A stretch of DNA of 64,000 bases from an uncultured Planctomycetota bacterium (GCA_963823665.1 CAWGMQ010000011.1:64001-128000), one strand, 5' to 3'. Shown: positions 49,420-58,673, numbered from the stretch's first letter. Notes: a model not told the origin generated them from the sequence alone. Numbers and translations: made by a program.

Positions 49420-49661
49420 GTGTGCTATCGTGCTCGCACGCAAGCGAATCGATGCGACGTTCCACGAGCACGGGGCGCAACCGTAGGCGCGACGTGCCTT
49501 GGCCGGTAAATGAGTGGCTGACGCGTTCTTGGCAATCGCGGGGTCTTAAGCGAAGTGCGCCGATTCGGCAGGCTCCGGATCAAGGTACTGGCTTTGCCGA
49601 GAAAAATGCTTCAAAATGGGCAGATCGCGAAAGGCACGTAATCTCTCGAAGGGCGCGCTCC

Positions 49662-52600
49662 ATGTTGAGATTCACTGACGAACGGTCGACGTTTTGGCGG
49701 CGATGGTTAGCCGGCGTCGTGACGGGTGGAAGCCGGGACAATGTCGCAAATGGAGCACGTCGGAAACGATGTCGCAGAAGCCCCTTAGTGGAATTCGTGG
49801 AGGATCGGGTTCTGTTGAGCGCGTTGGATTTGAGATCGGCGAAGGGCATCGCGGATGCTGAGGTGTTCCAGGCCGAGAAGAGTGCCGTGCTGGTTACGGG
49901 CGTATCCGGAGGCGGTGTCAAGGGGGGGCAAGCCTATTTGAGCGCGACGCTGACTTCGCAAGGAGTTCCGCTGGCTGGAAGAACTGTCTACTTCCAGGTG
50001 AGAGGGGTTCCCGCGGGTAAGGCGATCACCGATGGTGCGGGTGTCGCAATGCGTTACCTGGCCAATCTGAGAAATGTGCCTGTTGGATTTTACGCGCGCG
50101 GCATTGGTGCTGGCTTCGCGGGCAACTCCACCTATAAATCCACAATCTCGCACGGACCGCTGCTTGTCAGCCGCTTGCCGGGAACCATCAGCGGTGTTTC
50201 GGCGAGCGGCGTTTACGGCGGCGTTGCCACAATCGGTGCGACAATGACGTCCCGAGGCGCGGCCGTTGTGGGACAGACAGTTCAGTTCCAGGTCATGGGC
50301 CACGTCGTCGGAACGGCGGTGACCGACAGCCAGGGAATTGCCACACTCGGCGGCGTGAGTTTGGCGGGTTTCAGGGCGGGCGCCACCGCGAACGCGGTCT
50401 CGGCCAGCTTCGTCGGCTCGTTCGCGTTCACGAGCAGCAGTGCGCTGGGCCTTCTCGTCGTTTCGCCGGTTCAACTGGGAGTGAGCGGAATCACGGCCAA
50501 CAACAAAGTCTACGACGGCACGACTCAAGCTTCGCTCAACACGGGAACCGCCGTGCTCGTGGGCGTGATGGCCGGCGATGTCGTGACCCTCGATTCGAGC
50601 GGAGCGACGGGCACGTTCGCGACGAAAGACGTTGGGACCGCAATCCCCGTGACGGTGAGCGGCCTGTCGCTTGCGGGGCCCCAGGCGGGGAACTACGTGG
50701 TGGGGCCGGCGACGACACAGGCAAACATCACGGCGGCACCGCTGACAGTGACCGGCATCACGGCTGAAAACAAGCCATACGACGGCACGACGACCGCCAC
50801 GCTCAACACCGGCGATGCCGCGCTTGTGGGCGTGTTGCGCGGCGACGATGTGACTCTGAACACAAGCCTGGCGGTGGGCTCGTTTGTCTCGCCCGACATC
50901 GGGACTGGCAAGACGGTGCTGATCTCCGGGTTGACGATCTCCGGCGCCCAGGCGGGCGATTACGACCTGATAGAGCCGACGGCGACGGCGGACATCACGG
51001 CCGGTATCGTGACGGTCACCGGAATCACGGCGAACAACAAGATGTACGACGGCACCGCCCTCGCGACGATCAACACCAGCGACGCAACGCTGGACGGTGT
51101 AGCACTGGGCGACGATGTCACGCTGGTCACGACGGGAGCGACGGGCACGTTTACGAGTGCGGACGTCGGTACCGGGATCACCGTGACCATAAGCGGCCTG
51201 TCGCTCACCGGGCCCGATGCGAGCAAGTACACGCTCGTCGGGCCGACGACGACGGCCAACATCACTGCGGTGGCGCTCAACGTGACTGGGATCACGGCGG
51301 AGAACAAGCCGTACGACGGCACGACCGCGGCCATGCTCTCTACGAGCGGTGCGACGCTCGAGGGCGTGTTGCGGACTGACACCGTCACGCTGGTCACGAC
51401 GGGAGCGTCAGGTGCGTTTGCCACGCCCGATGCCGGGATGGGGATCACCGTGACCGTGAGCGGGCTGTCGCTTGCTGGAGCCGATGCAGAGAATTACACA
51501 CTGAACGAGCCGACGACGACGGCGAACATCACTCCCGCGCCGGTGGATGTGAACGGTATCACGGCGGACAACAGGCCGTACGACGGCATGACCGATGCGA
51601 CGCTCGTTACCAGCGGGGCCGTGCTGGTGGGCGTAGTACGGGGTGATAGCGTGACGCTCGATACGAGCGGAGTGACGGGGATGTTTGCGACGCCCGATGT
51701 CGGGACGGAGATCACCGTGACCGTGAGCGGCCTATCGCTTGCTGGAGCCGATGCGGGGAATTACGCCCTGAACGAGCCGACGACGACGGCGAACATCACG
51801 CCGCGAGCGCTCGACGTGACGGGCATCACGGCGGACAACAGGCCGTATGACAGCATGACCGATGCGACGCTCGTTACCAGCGGGGCGACGCTCGAGGGCG
51901 TGGCGGGGAGTGACACCGTGACGCTGGTCACAACCGGAGCGATGGGGATGTTCGCGACGCCGGATGTGGGGACGGGAATCACCGTGATCGTGAGCGGTTT
52001 GTCGATCACTGGAGCCGACGTGCCGAACTACTCCTTGAACGAGCCGACGACGACGGCGAACATCACGCCGGCGCAGCTCGACGTGACGGGCATCACGGCG
52101 GACAACAGGCCGTACGACGGCATGACCGATGCGACGCTCCATACCAGCGCGGCGACGCTCGAGGGCGTGAAGGGGAGTGACACCGTGACGCTCGACACAA
52201 ACGGAGTGTTGGGGACATTTGTCACCAAGGATGCCGGGGTCGGAATTACCGTGAACGTGAGCGGGCTGTCGATCAGCGGTGCCGACGCAGAGAATTACAT
52301 CCTGGTCGAGCCGATGACCACAGCCGACATCACACCCTTGCAGCTCATGGTGACCGGCATCACCGCCAAGGACAGGACGTACGACGGCATGACCGATGCC
52401 ACTCTCGAAACCAGCGGCGCCACGCTCGGGGGGGTGATAGACAGCGATGACGTGACGCTGGACACAAGCGGAGCGATGGGGACATTTGCCACGAAGGATG
52501 TCGGGATGGGGATCACCGTGACGATCGGCGGGTTGTCGCTAACCGGTGCCGACGCGGGAAACTACTCCTTGGTCGAGCCGACGACCACGGCCGACATCTC

Positions 52601-52871
52601 GGCGGTGATGCTCACGGTGACCGGAATCACGGCGGAAGACAAAGTGTACGACGGCACAACCACTGCGACTCTCGACACGAGCGGTGCCATGCTGATGGGT
52701 GTGATAGGCAGTGACGACGTGACTTTGGATGCGAGCGGTGCCGTTGGCACATTCGCAAACGCGGGCCCGGGAACGGGCATCCAGGTGACGATCAGCGGCC
52801 TGGTCATCACCGGAGCGGATTCGGTGAACTACATCTTGGTGCAGCCGATGACGATGGCGAACATCACCTGA
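49662..52871 (+). CDS. Secreted adhesin-like protein with two Ig-like domains and nine YDG repeats
   Basis: Degenerate planctomycete export motif PLVEFVEDRVLLS; nine V.GITA.NK/R.YDG repeats of 89 aa. Confidence 0.88.
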   Translation: MLRFTDERSTFWRRWLAGVVTGGSRDNVANGARRKRCRRSPLVEFVEDRVLLSALDLRSAKGIADAEVFQAEKSAVLVTGVSGGGVKGGQAYLSATLTSQGVPLAGRTVYFQVRGVPAGKAITDGAGVAMRYLANLRNVPVGFYARGIGAGFAGNSTYKSTISHGPLLVSRLPGTISGVSASGVYGGVATIGATMTSRGAAVVGQTVQFQVMGHVVGTAVTDSQGIATLGGVSLAGFRAGATANAVSASFVGSFAFTSSSALGLLVVSPVQLGVSGITANNKVYDGTTQASLNTGTAVLVGVMAGDVVTLDSSGATGTFATKDVGTAIPVTVSGLSLAGPQAGNYVVGPATTQANITAAPLTVTGITAENKPYDGTTTATLNTGDAALVGVLRGDDVTLNTSLAVGSFVSPDIGTGKTVLISGLTISGAQAGDYDLIEPTATADITAGIVTVTGITANNKMYDGTALATINTSDATLDGVALGDDVTLVTTGATGTFTSADVGTGITVTISGLSLTGPDASKYTLVGPTTTANITAVALNVTGITAENKPYDGTTAAMLSTSGATLEGVLRTDTVTLVTTGASGAFATPDAGMGITVTVSGLSLAGADAENYTLNEPTTTANITPAPVDVNGITADNRPYDGMTDATLVTSGAVLVGVVRGDSVTLDTSGVTGMFATPDVGTEITVTVSGLSLAGADAGNYALNEPTTTANITPRALDVTGITADNRPYDSMTDATLVTSGATLEGVAGSDTVTLVTTGAMGMFATPDVGTGITVIVSGLSITGADVPNYSLNEPTTTANITPAQLDVTGITADNRPYDGMTDATLHTSAATLEGVKGSDTVTLDTNGVLGTFVTKDAGVGITVNVSGLSISGADAENYILVEPMTTADITPLQLMVTGITAKDRTYDGMTDATLETSGATLGGVIDSDDVTLDTSGAMGTFATKDVGMGITVTIGGLSLTGADAGNYSLVEPTTTADISAVMLTVTGITAEDKVYDGTTTATLDTSGAMLMGVIGSDDVTLDASGAVGTFANAGPGTGIQVTISGLVITGADSVNYILVQPMTMANIT
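50465..52868 (+). repeat. 267-bp coding tandem repeat x9 (YDG domains)
   Basis: YDG codons recur at 50511 and 50778 (267-bp period) and continue at the same spacing. Confidence 0.9.
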
Positions 52872-53026
52872 TCGCGTCGCGCGATGAACTCGCCTTGACC
52901 GTCCGTCGTTCTTAGCCCATAACATGCTCGCTTCCCCTCATCGCGATCATTTCTCGTCTGCGCTTCCCGGGGAAAAGTACTGATCAAATCGATGGTCCAC
53001 CGTGCCTCAAGGATGGGGGAAGGTGC

Positions 53027-53758
53027 ATGTTCGGCAGAAAGAAAACGAACCGGTCGCTGATCAAGCGGCTGTTCTACTACCTCGTGGTGCTGGCCAGCGG
53101 AAGCGGGATTGGCGGGTGGGCCCTCAAGGACCATCCCGCGGTGCAGGCGCTCGTGACTCTGGTGACCGGCGATGCGAGCAAGAATAACCCGAGCGACGTC
53201 GAGAAAGCGCTGGTCGGCGACGTGGCGAACTTGCTCCAGAAGGGGCCGGACTTCACCCAGCCGGGTGTCTATCAAGTCACGATCAACAAGGTCGAGCTGG
53301 CCCAGGCGCTCTTCAAGCCCGGGCATACGGTGGATATCCAGGCGAAGGTGACCCGGCGCGACGCGAGCGGGCAGGATGCTCTGGTGTGGGATTCGCGGAA
53401 CTACGGAGAGCGCCTGGCGGTAGTGGGCAAGGACTCGCTCACCGCAGGCTGGCCCAACCGGCCCTTTCACTTGGATTGGAGCCCCGGCCAGGTTGTCTAC
53501 CTCGAAGTCTACGACCGCAAGAACCCGTTCTTCGCCGCACCCAAGCGGTTCACCCTGTCTTCCAGCAACGGCGCGGCCGATTTTCCGCTCAAATCCGGCG
53601 ACTTTCAGCTTGATTGCCATCAAAGAGTCGACCCGCCTCTCGACCCCCGTCTCACGCATGTCGTGCTCAAAAGCCAGCTCGTCGGCGACCCGAAAAACAC
53701 GGGCAAGGCCCCGTCGCAAGTTGCCGACGATTCTGATCGCCCCATCGTGATCAAGTAA
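53027..53758 (+). CDS. Membrane-anchored hypothetical protein with possible C2-like beta-sandwich
   Basis: N-terminal basic stretch plus TM (LFYYLVVLASGSGIGGWAL). GVYQVTINKVEL...DSLTAGWPNRPFHLDW...VYLEVYDRK resembles the C2 consensus. Confidence 0.6.
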   Translation: MFGRKKTNRSLIKRLFYYLVVLASGSGIGGWALKDHPAVQALVTLVTGDASKNNPSDVEKALVGDVANLLQKGPDFTQPGVYQVTINKVELAQALFKPGHTVDIQAKVTRRDASGQDALVWDSRNYGERLAVVGKDSLTAGWPNRPFHLDWSPGQVVYLEVYDRKNPFFAAPKRFTLSSSNGAADFPLKSGDFQLDCHQRVDPPLDPRLTHVVLKSQLVGDPKNTGKAPSQVADDSDRPIVIK

Positions 53759-53794
53759 CTCACTCTCGAAGGCTAAACGCCAGGAGGCCGCGGC

Positions 53795-54043
53795 GTGACC
53801 ACCCGGCTCTCGTTCGACCGTTTCGAAGGCAAGGGAAAACAGCAGATCGCCGTTCTCGTGGCCGATGACGGCACGACCGTGAACATTCCCAAGCCGTTCC
53901 TTCCCCCCGGCGCGGCGCCCGGCGACGTGCTCACGCTGTCACTCGATCTCGATCCGGGCGCCACGGCCAAGCTCAAGAAAGAGACAAAGAGCGTGCAGGA
54001 CGATCTGGCGACACGCGACCCGGGTGGAGATATCAAGCTGTGA
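53795..54043 (+). CDS. DUF3006 family protein
   Basis: DRFEG...AVL...IPK.FLP.GA.PGDVL pattern, AGGAGG SD, GTGA overlap with the next gene. Confidence 0.8.
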   Translation: MTTRLSFDRFEGKGKQQIAVLVADDGTTVNIPKPFLPPGAAPGDVLTLSLDLDPGATAKLKKETKSVQDDLATRDPGGDIKL

Positions 54044-55002
54044 CGATTCCAAAAGCCCTTCGCCTCCTTGCGGTCTTCCTCGCAGCCGCACTGTTCGCGA
54101 CGCGCGAGCAGCCGGTCCAGGCCCAGCTCTTCACTCGCCCGGCCGCCAGGCCGCTCACGATCGAAGTGCTCGACATTGGCCAGGGCGATTCGATCCTGAT
54201 CCGCTCGCCCGAGGGCAAGACGGCGTTGATTGACGCCGGTCCCACCCGGCAAGGTGCCCTGACTGCCCTCAAGCGCGCGGGAATCACATCCCTCGACATG
54301 GTGGCGATCAGTCATCATCACAGCGATCACTACGGGGGCATGGACGAAGTGGTCAAGGCGATGAAGCCCCGCTACTTCGTGGCGAGCCGTTCCGGGCATA
54401 CAACGTCGCTCTATTTGAAACTGCTCAAGACCGTGCAGGCACAAGGGATCACGGTCGTGCAGCCGTCGACGAAGCCGCGCAAGATTGAACTGGGCTCCGC
54501 GGAGCTGACGATCTTTCCGCAGCCGCCCGAAGACCGAAAGGAGGAGAACAACAACTCCATCGGCCTGCGGCTCGGGTACGGGTCGTTCTCGATGCTCTTC
54601 ACCGGTGACAGCGAAGAGACGGAGCGCGCATGGTGGCTGCGCAACGATCCGAGCCTGGCGCGCAACTGCACGATTATCAAGCTCGCGCACCACGGCAGCC
54701 GGAACGGAACCGACGCGCGCTGGCTCACCCTCGTGCATCCCGAGCTTGCCGTGGCCAGCATGGGGCGAGACAACGAATTCGGGCACCCTCACTCGGAAAC
54801 GGTGAGCCTCATGAGGCGCAGCGGTATCCCGCTCTTGCGCACCGATCAGCTCGGCACGATCGCGATCACCAGTGACGGGCGAAGCTGGCAGGTTGTCCGG
54901 CCGAGTATCGCCCGGTCCGGCCACCCCACCCAGGGCGACGTCGATCGCGTTGCCGCGGCGACCCCGGACGATTCGCCCAAACGGATGACGCGCACGCGTT
55001 GA
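54040..55002 (+). CDS. ComEC/Rec2-like metallo-beta-lactamase-fold hydrolase, secreted, standalone
   Basis: LDIGQGDSILI, LIDAG, SHHHSDHYGG, ENNNSI, LFTGD, AHHGS, SMGRDNEFGHPH, RTDQLG; N-terminal signal peptide; no competence membrane domain. Confidence 0.9.
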   Translation: MTIPKALRLLAVFLAAALFATREQPVQAQLFTRPAARPLTIEVLDIGQGDSILIRSPEGKTALIDAGPTRQGALTALKRAGITSLDMVAISHHHSDHYGGMDEVVKAMKPRYFVASRSGHTTSLYLKLLKTVQAQGITVVQPSTKPRKIELGSAELTIFPQPPEDRKEENNNSIGLRLGYGSFSMLFTGDSEETERAWWLRNDPSLARNCTIIKLAHHGSRNGTDARWLTLVHPELAVASMGRDNEFGHPHSETVSLMRRSGIPLLRTDQLGTIAITSDGRSWQVVRPSIARSGHPTQGDVDRVAAATPDDSPKRMTRTR

Positions 55003-55119
55003 GCGCCGTTGCGACCGCGCAAGGGGCAGGCGCCCGCCGGGACTGAATCGGCGAACGCCTTCCCATGACCGCGCCCGGAGGCGCGGATTCTCGCTGTCGA
55101 ATCGGGGCGCCAGCGTGCG

Positions 55120-55296
55120 TCAACGTTTGCTGCTGCCGGCCTTTTGCGTTTGCTTCGCGAACGCTTGGGGCTTCTCGTCGAACTTGCGCTTGCATTCGTT
55201 ACTGCAGAAATAGTACGTGTTGCCCTGGAAGTCGCTCTGGCCGGCGGCGTCATCAGGCTCAACGTCCATACCGCACACGGGGTCTTTCGTGCTCAT
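55120..55296 (-). CDS. YHS domain-containing small protein (58 aa)
   Basis: Manual translation MSTKDPVCGMDVEPDDAAGQSDFQGNTYYFCSNECKRKFDEKPQAF..., strong AGGAGG SD. Below the ORF-track length cutoff. Confidence 0.9.
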   Translation of the reverse strand: MSTKDPVCGMDVEPDDAAGQSDFQGNTYYFCSNECKRKFDEKPQAFAKQTQKAGSSKR

Positions 55297-55768
55297 CGTA
55301 TTCCTCCTGGGTGCAAGAACGGGGTGTCGTCAGTTTGACGTCCGACTGGGATTCAGAAGGAAGCAATCGACGTGCCGGAGTTCCCTTCGCTCGGCATTGT
55401 CACCCCCCCGCTCACCACCAGTTTCGTTTTGTATATTCGACGCGCGTCCTTTCCCTGCAAGGCTTAAGGGAACGGTACCAGCACGCCGGTCGCTCTCGGT
55501 TTCCGACGGCGGAATAACCTCGCACCGCGAACACCGGATGAACATTAAATCGGCCTCAACTACAGTGACGATGGGAAAAAGACAGCTCGCGACGTGGTAA
55601 TGGATGAGATGAGTTTCGCCATGAATAATATGCGACAGGTTTTCGCCATTCGCCATTTCTCAATGGCACCTGTCAATTCTTGTGTTATCGCAAATCCAAT
55701 CGCGATCGGTGATTAACGTCTGAAGAATCTCGCAAAGTTGAGCCGGTTCAAAACGCTTTGAAAGCACT

Positions 55769-55908
55769 CCTCCCGCCCTTATGGGGGAGCTGCCGCCGCA
55801 GGCGGCGGTGAGGGGCCCAGCCCACGGAAGACCGCGAACCCCAACTAGCGCGAATCTCGTTGAAAATGGCCCGGAAAGCCAGACACCCAGCGATGAAAGC
55901 CCCTCACC
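55769..55908. repeat. REP-like palindromic element pair
   Basis: CTCCC..GGGAG and GCCGCC-gca-GGCGGC hairpins. GGTGAGGGGC (55807-55816) is the reverse complement of GCCCCTCACC (55899-55908). Confidence 0.5.
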
Positions 55909-56137
55909 CTGACGACCCCAGCCCAACAGTGCCGGCGCGAGGGTCCTTCTTTCAGTCTCCGCCCACGCCTGACTTCGTTTTGTAGATTTGTCGCGCGTCC
56001 TTACGCCACAAGGGTTACGGGAACGGGTGTGCTCACTCTTGACCGCGAGCCACGGGTCAAACTCGAACCCATTCCTCGCCCGCAACGCGCCAGCCCAACG
56101 GTACGTGGTTCTCTCCGGTGCGTGCATTCCGCCAATG

Positions 56138-56239
56138 GCAACGCCTAGGGTTTCGATGCATCGCCCTGTGTGTCCAATGCACCGCCTTGGGTTTCCGACG
56201 CACCGCCTTGGGTTTCCGGCAACGCCTTGGGTTTCCGAG
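56138..56239. repeat. 19-21-bp tandem repeat x5 (GCA.CGCCTTGGGTTTCCGA.)
   Basis: Units start at 56138, 56158, 56179, 56200 and 56219. Confidence 0.85.
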
Positions 56240-56359
56240 GCACTCTCCCCCGGTTACCTGGTCCCCCATCTACAATATGCGGTGACAATATGGATTCGTG
56301 GCGCCGGCGACCTGAACATTCCCACAAAGTTTCCGGTTTCCAACGATCAGATCAATTAG

Positions 56360-56870
56360 CGAACAAAATTCATTCTGTTTGCGCGGTTTGTCCCCATCCC
56401 AGCGCTTCCCCTCAACCAGCGCCCGCCTCCGGTGCTCCGCCTCGAATTCGGTGTCATCCCACAGCCGGTCGATCACAGCCACCCAAGGCGCCACTTCGTG
56501 TGTGGTCGGCAGCCGGCGTTCACCGATCAGGGATCGTGAGGACGAACCCGGCGTCGCCAAAGGTTCTCAGGCAAAGCGCCGCGATCGCTGGCCAGGACGG
56601 AATGCCATTCGCCATCGCCTCGATCGGCACGCGGCCGAGCGACTCCCGCCAGAGGGATGCCATCAGCACCACCCGGCTCAGCAGTCCCCGTGGCCCTGGC
56701 CTTGAGCATCAATGTGCGGCTGACCGGATGCCCGCCATAGGTCAGCAGAATCTCCGGCCGGAATCGATCGAGCACCGTAGTGGCCAGGTCGATGAACATG
56801 GCGCCCTCACGCGGGTTGGGTGCCTTAGCGGCGCGACTGGACGATGTGGGCAGCAGTGTGGAGAATGGTT
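56360..56870 (-). pseudogene. Decayed GT4-like glycosyltransferase fragment
   Basis: LDRFRPEILLTYGGHP is joined directly to SRVVLMASLWRESLGRVPIEAMANGIP / VLASDRGALPE / GDAGFVLTIP / WVAVIDRLWDD across several frames. The 5' end and the middle are missing. Confidence 0.75.
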
Positions 56871-56907
56871 GGAGAGTCTTCAAGGGGTACCGGAGTTGAT
56901 CCGACCA

Positions 56908-57366
56908 ATGGCAACAGCAGCCAAGACTGAATGCGAGAACGGCGATCCGGCGTTGTTACGTGCGGAGTGGCTCGACCGTCTCGCTAAACTGACGAGCTTG
57001 GTTAAAGGCTGGGCAACTGAGCTCGACTGGTCGACGCGCGAGATTTCGAAGAAGATCAAGGACTCTCGCCTCGGCGCTTACGAAGCCCCGGCGTTACTCA
57101 TGCAGAGAGAAACGATTCGCGTACTGCTGGATCCAATCGCGCGATTCACTCCAGGCGCCGACGGTGTCGTCGACCTCTACCTGATGCCGGCGTACGACGA
57201 CATCGCGAGCCTGTACTTGATGAACGGCGACTGGCAATTACACTACATGTTTGCTGTCGCCAAGTCCGCCGCGACAATCAGGCATGCCGAATCGAGCCCG
57301 CTGTCGAAGGAGGCACTCGAGCGGGTCCTCGCAGAGATGACCGCAAATGCCGCAGAGCCGCTTTGA
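56908..57366 (+). CDS. Hypothetical protein (152 aa), putative partner/antitoxin of the downstream HEPN-like gene
   Basis: ATG 56908 with GGAG SD; globular-looking sequence W.DRL..L...V.GW...LG.YEAP.L...LLDPIA...GADGVVDL; overlaps the next gene by 20 bp. Confidence 0.75.
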   Translation: MATAAKTECENGDPALLRAEWLDRLAKLTSLVKGWATELDWSTREISKKIKDSRLGAYEAPALLMQRETIRVLLDPIARFTPGADGVVDLYLMPAYDDIASLYLMNGDWQLHYMFAVAKSAATIRHAESSPLSKEALERVLAEMTANAAEPL

Positions 57367-57801
57367 CTGGCAAGAACGAATCAAGGCTGTCGAACGCGAG
57401 TACTCGGCCACACGTATCGCAGTTGACCGACTCACCGTCGATGTCAGTAAAGAGCCTGGGATTCTGGGCGCAAGGGACCCAGGCCGCCTGATCTTCTGTC
57501 GGCGAGCGAAAATCTCGACGGAACGTATGTGATGCGCATGTTCGCTGAACTCGAGAGCTGCATTCGGTCGTTCTGGAGCGTCATCAAGCGCACGCACCCC
57601 CAGACGAAAACCCTGCTCGATAGCATAGGCGCCAGGTATCGGATTCCCCAAGACACGATCTTCGATGCCCAGAACGTCAGGGAGTATCGCAACACGCTTG
57701 TGCATAATCGCGACGGAACAACCGACATCGTGTCGGTCGGGCGATCAAGGCAGTCGCTTGCGAAGTACGTTTCCTTCTTGCCCGATAAATGGGGAAAATA
57801 A
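57347..57801 (+). CDS. HEPN-like protein (about 151 aa) with RxxxxH motif; frameshift near 57470
   Basis: ORFs 57347..57532 and 57529..57801 join via ...PRPPDLLSASENLDGTYVMRMFAELE.... Helical character; EYRNTLVH with the R-x4-H codons at 57688-57705. Confidence 0.65.
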
Positions 57802-58209
57802 GGAGGAGCCAGCGGGAGCCAGCACCGTGAGCATCGCAGTGCAAGGCGCACAAGCGAACTCGTTCGACCTGCCGCTTGTTTGGGGGACCCGGACACCGAC
57901 CCTCTTCAGTCGGTCCCGCGGAAAGCCACACGCACGTGACTCGCACCGGCTCCCGTCCTGCGATCGCTGGATTGCTCGCGGCCGACGCCGCACACAGCTC
58001 GCGCTTTGCCAACCACGGTCAGCAACCGGGTGCCCTCGGCTACGCCGCCGGCGTTTGCAAGCGTCGGTTTCTGCGAACCGGTCGATATCGACGGTCATGC
58101 TTCGTCGCTTGCCGCGCCGGCGAAGAAAACGACGCAGGCTGGCCTCGAATCCAATCGAATTCCGCGTACGCCGCTGCGACCGGCGCTAGCGAGCGAGCGA
58201 GCCGCTTAC

Positions 58210-58620
58210 CTACAGAAACGCGACCTGCGCGGCCGCCTTGCCCTGACACCAGCGCCGTGAGCAACGCGGTGCAGCGTTCACAAGCGAACTCGCTCGACCT
58301 GCCGCTTGCTTGAACATGCGCCCGAAGTCGCGCACCTTCCTCACCCAATTCGATCGATCCACCCCCAGCCGGCCAGCGTCGGCCATGTGCATCGCCAGGT
58401 CGTTGTCGTCGGGCTCCGCCAGCTCGCCGGTAACATCGTCACGTCGCGGAAAGAGCTTGCGCCAGCGCAGTGCGACGTCGGCGTCGGACCACTGTTCGAC
58501 TCTGTCGGGCCGATTGCGAAGCACGAGATGCAGGTGGTTGATCATAATGGCATAACCGCACGCCTCAACGCCGAAGCGGGTTACGGCGGGATCGACGAGA
58601 TGTGCGCGGGGCATCGTCAT
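58210..58620 (-). pseudogene. Internally deleted Y1/HUH (IS200/RAYT-like) transposase remnant
   Basis: MPRAHLVDPAVTR is fused to FGVEACGYAIMINHLHLVLRNRPD..WSD..VA.RW (HUH motif) and then to a C-terminal W...VRDFGRMF segment. The usual N-terminal YH.. block and the catalytic-Tyr region are absent. Confidence 0.7.
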
Positions 58621-58673
58621 GGGTCGAGGCCCGTGGATGATCGACGGAGGTTAGCTAAATTGCTGGGGCTGTG

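Noticed and set aside
50465..52868. Long repeats as a CRISPR or DGR template/variable pair
   Set aside because: In-frame protein domain repeats; no spacers, cas genes or reverse transcriptase.
54040..55002. Calling this gene comEC or a beta-lactamase regulated by the BlaI/BlaR1 pair
   Set aside because: It lacks the competence membrane domain, its motifs are ComEC-type rather than class B beta-lactamase, and it lies 41 kb away with no operator seen.
56138..56239. Short repeats as a mini-CRISPR
   Set aside because: Contiguous units with no unique spacers, too short, and no cas genes.
56170..56907. N-terminal part of ORF 56170..57366
   Set aside because: Runs through repeats and antisense to the glycosyltransferase relic; the credible start is 56908.
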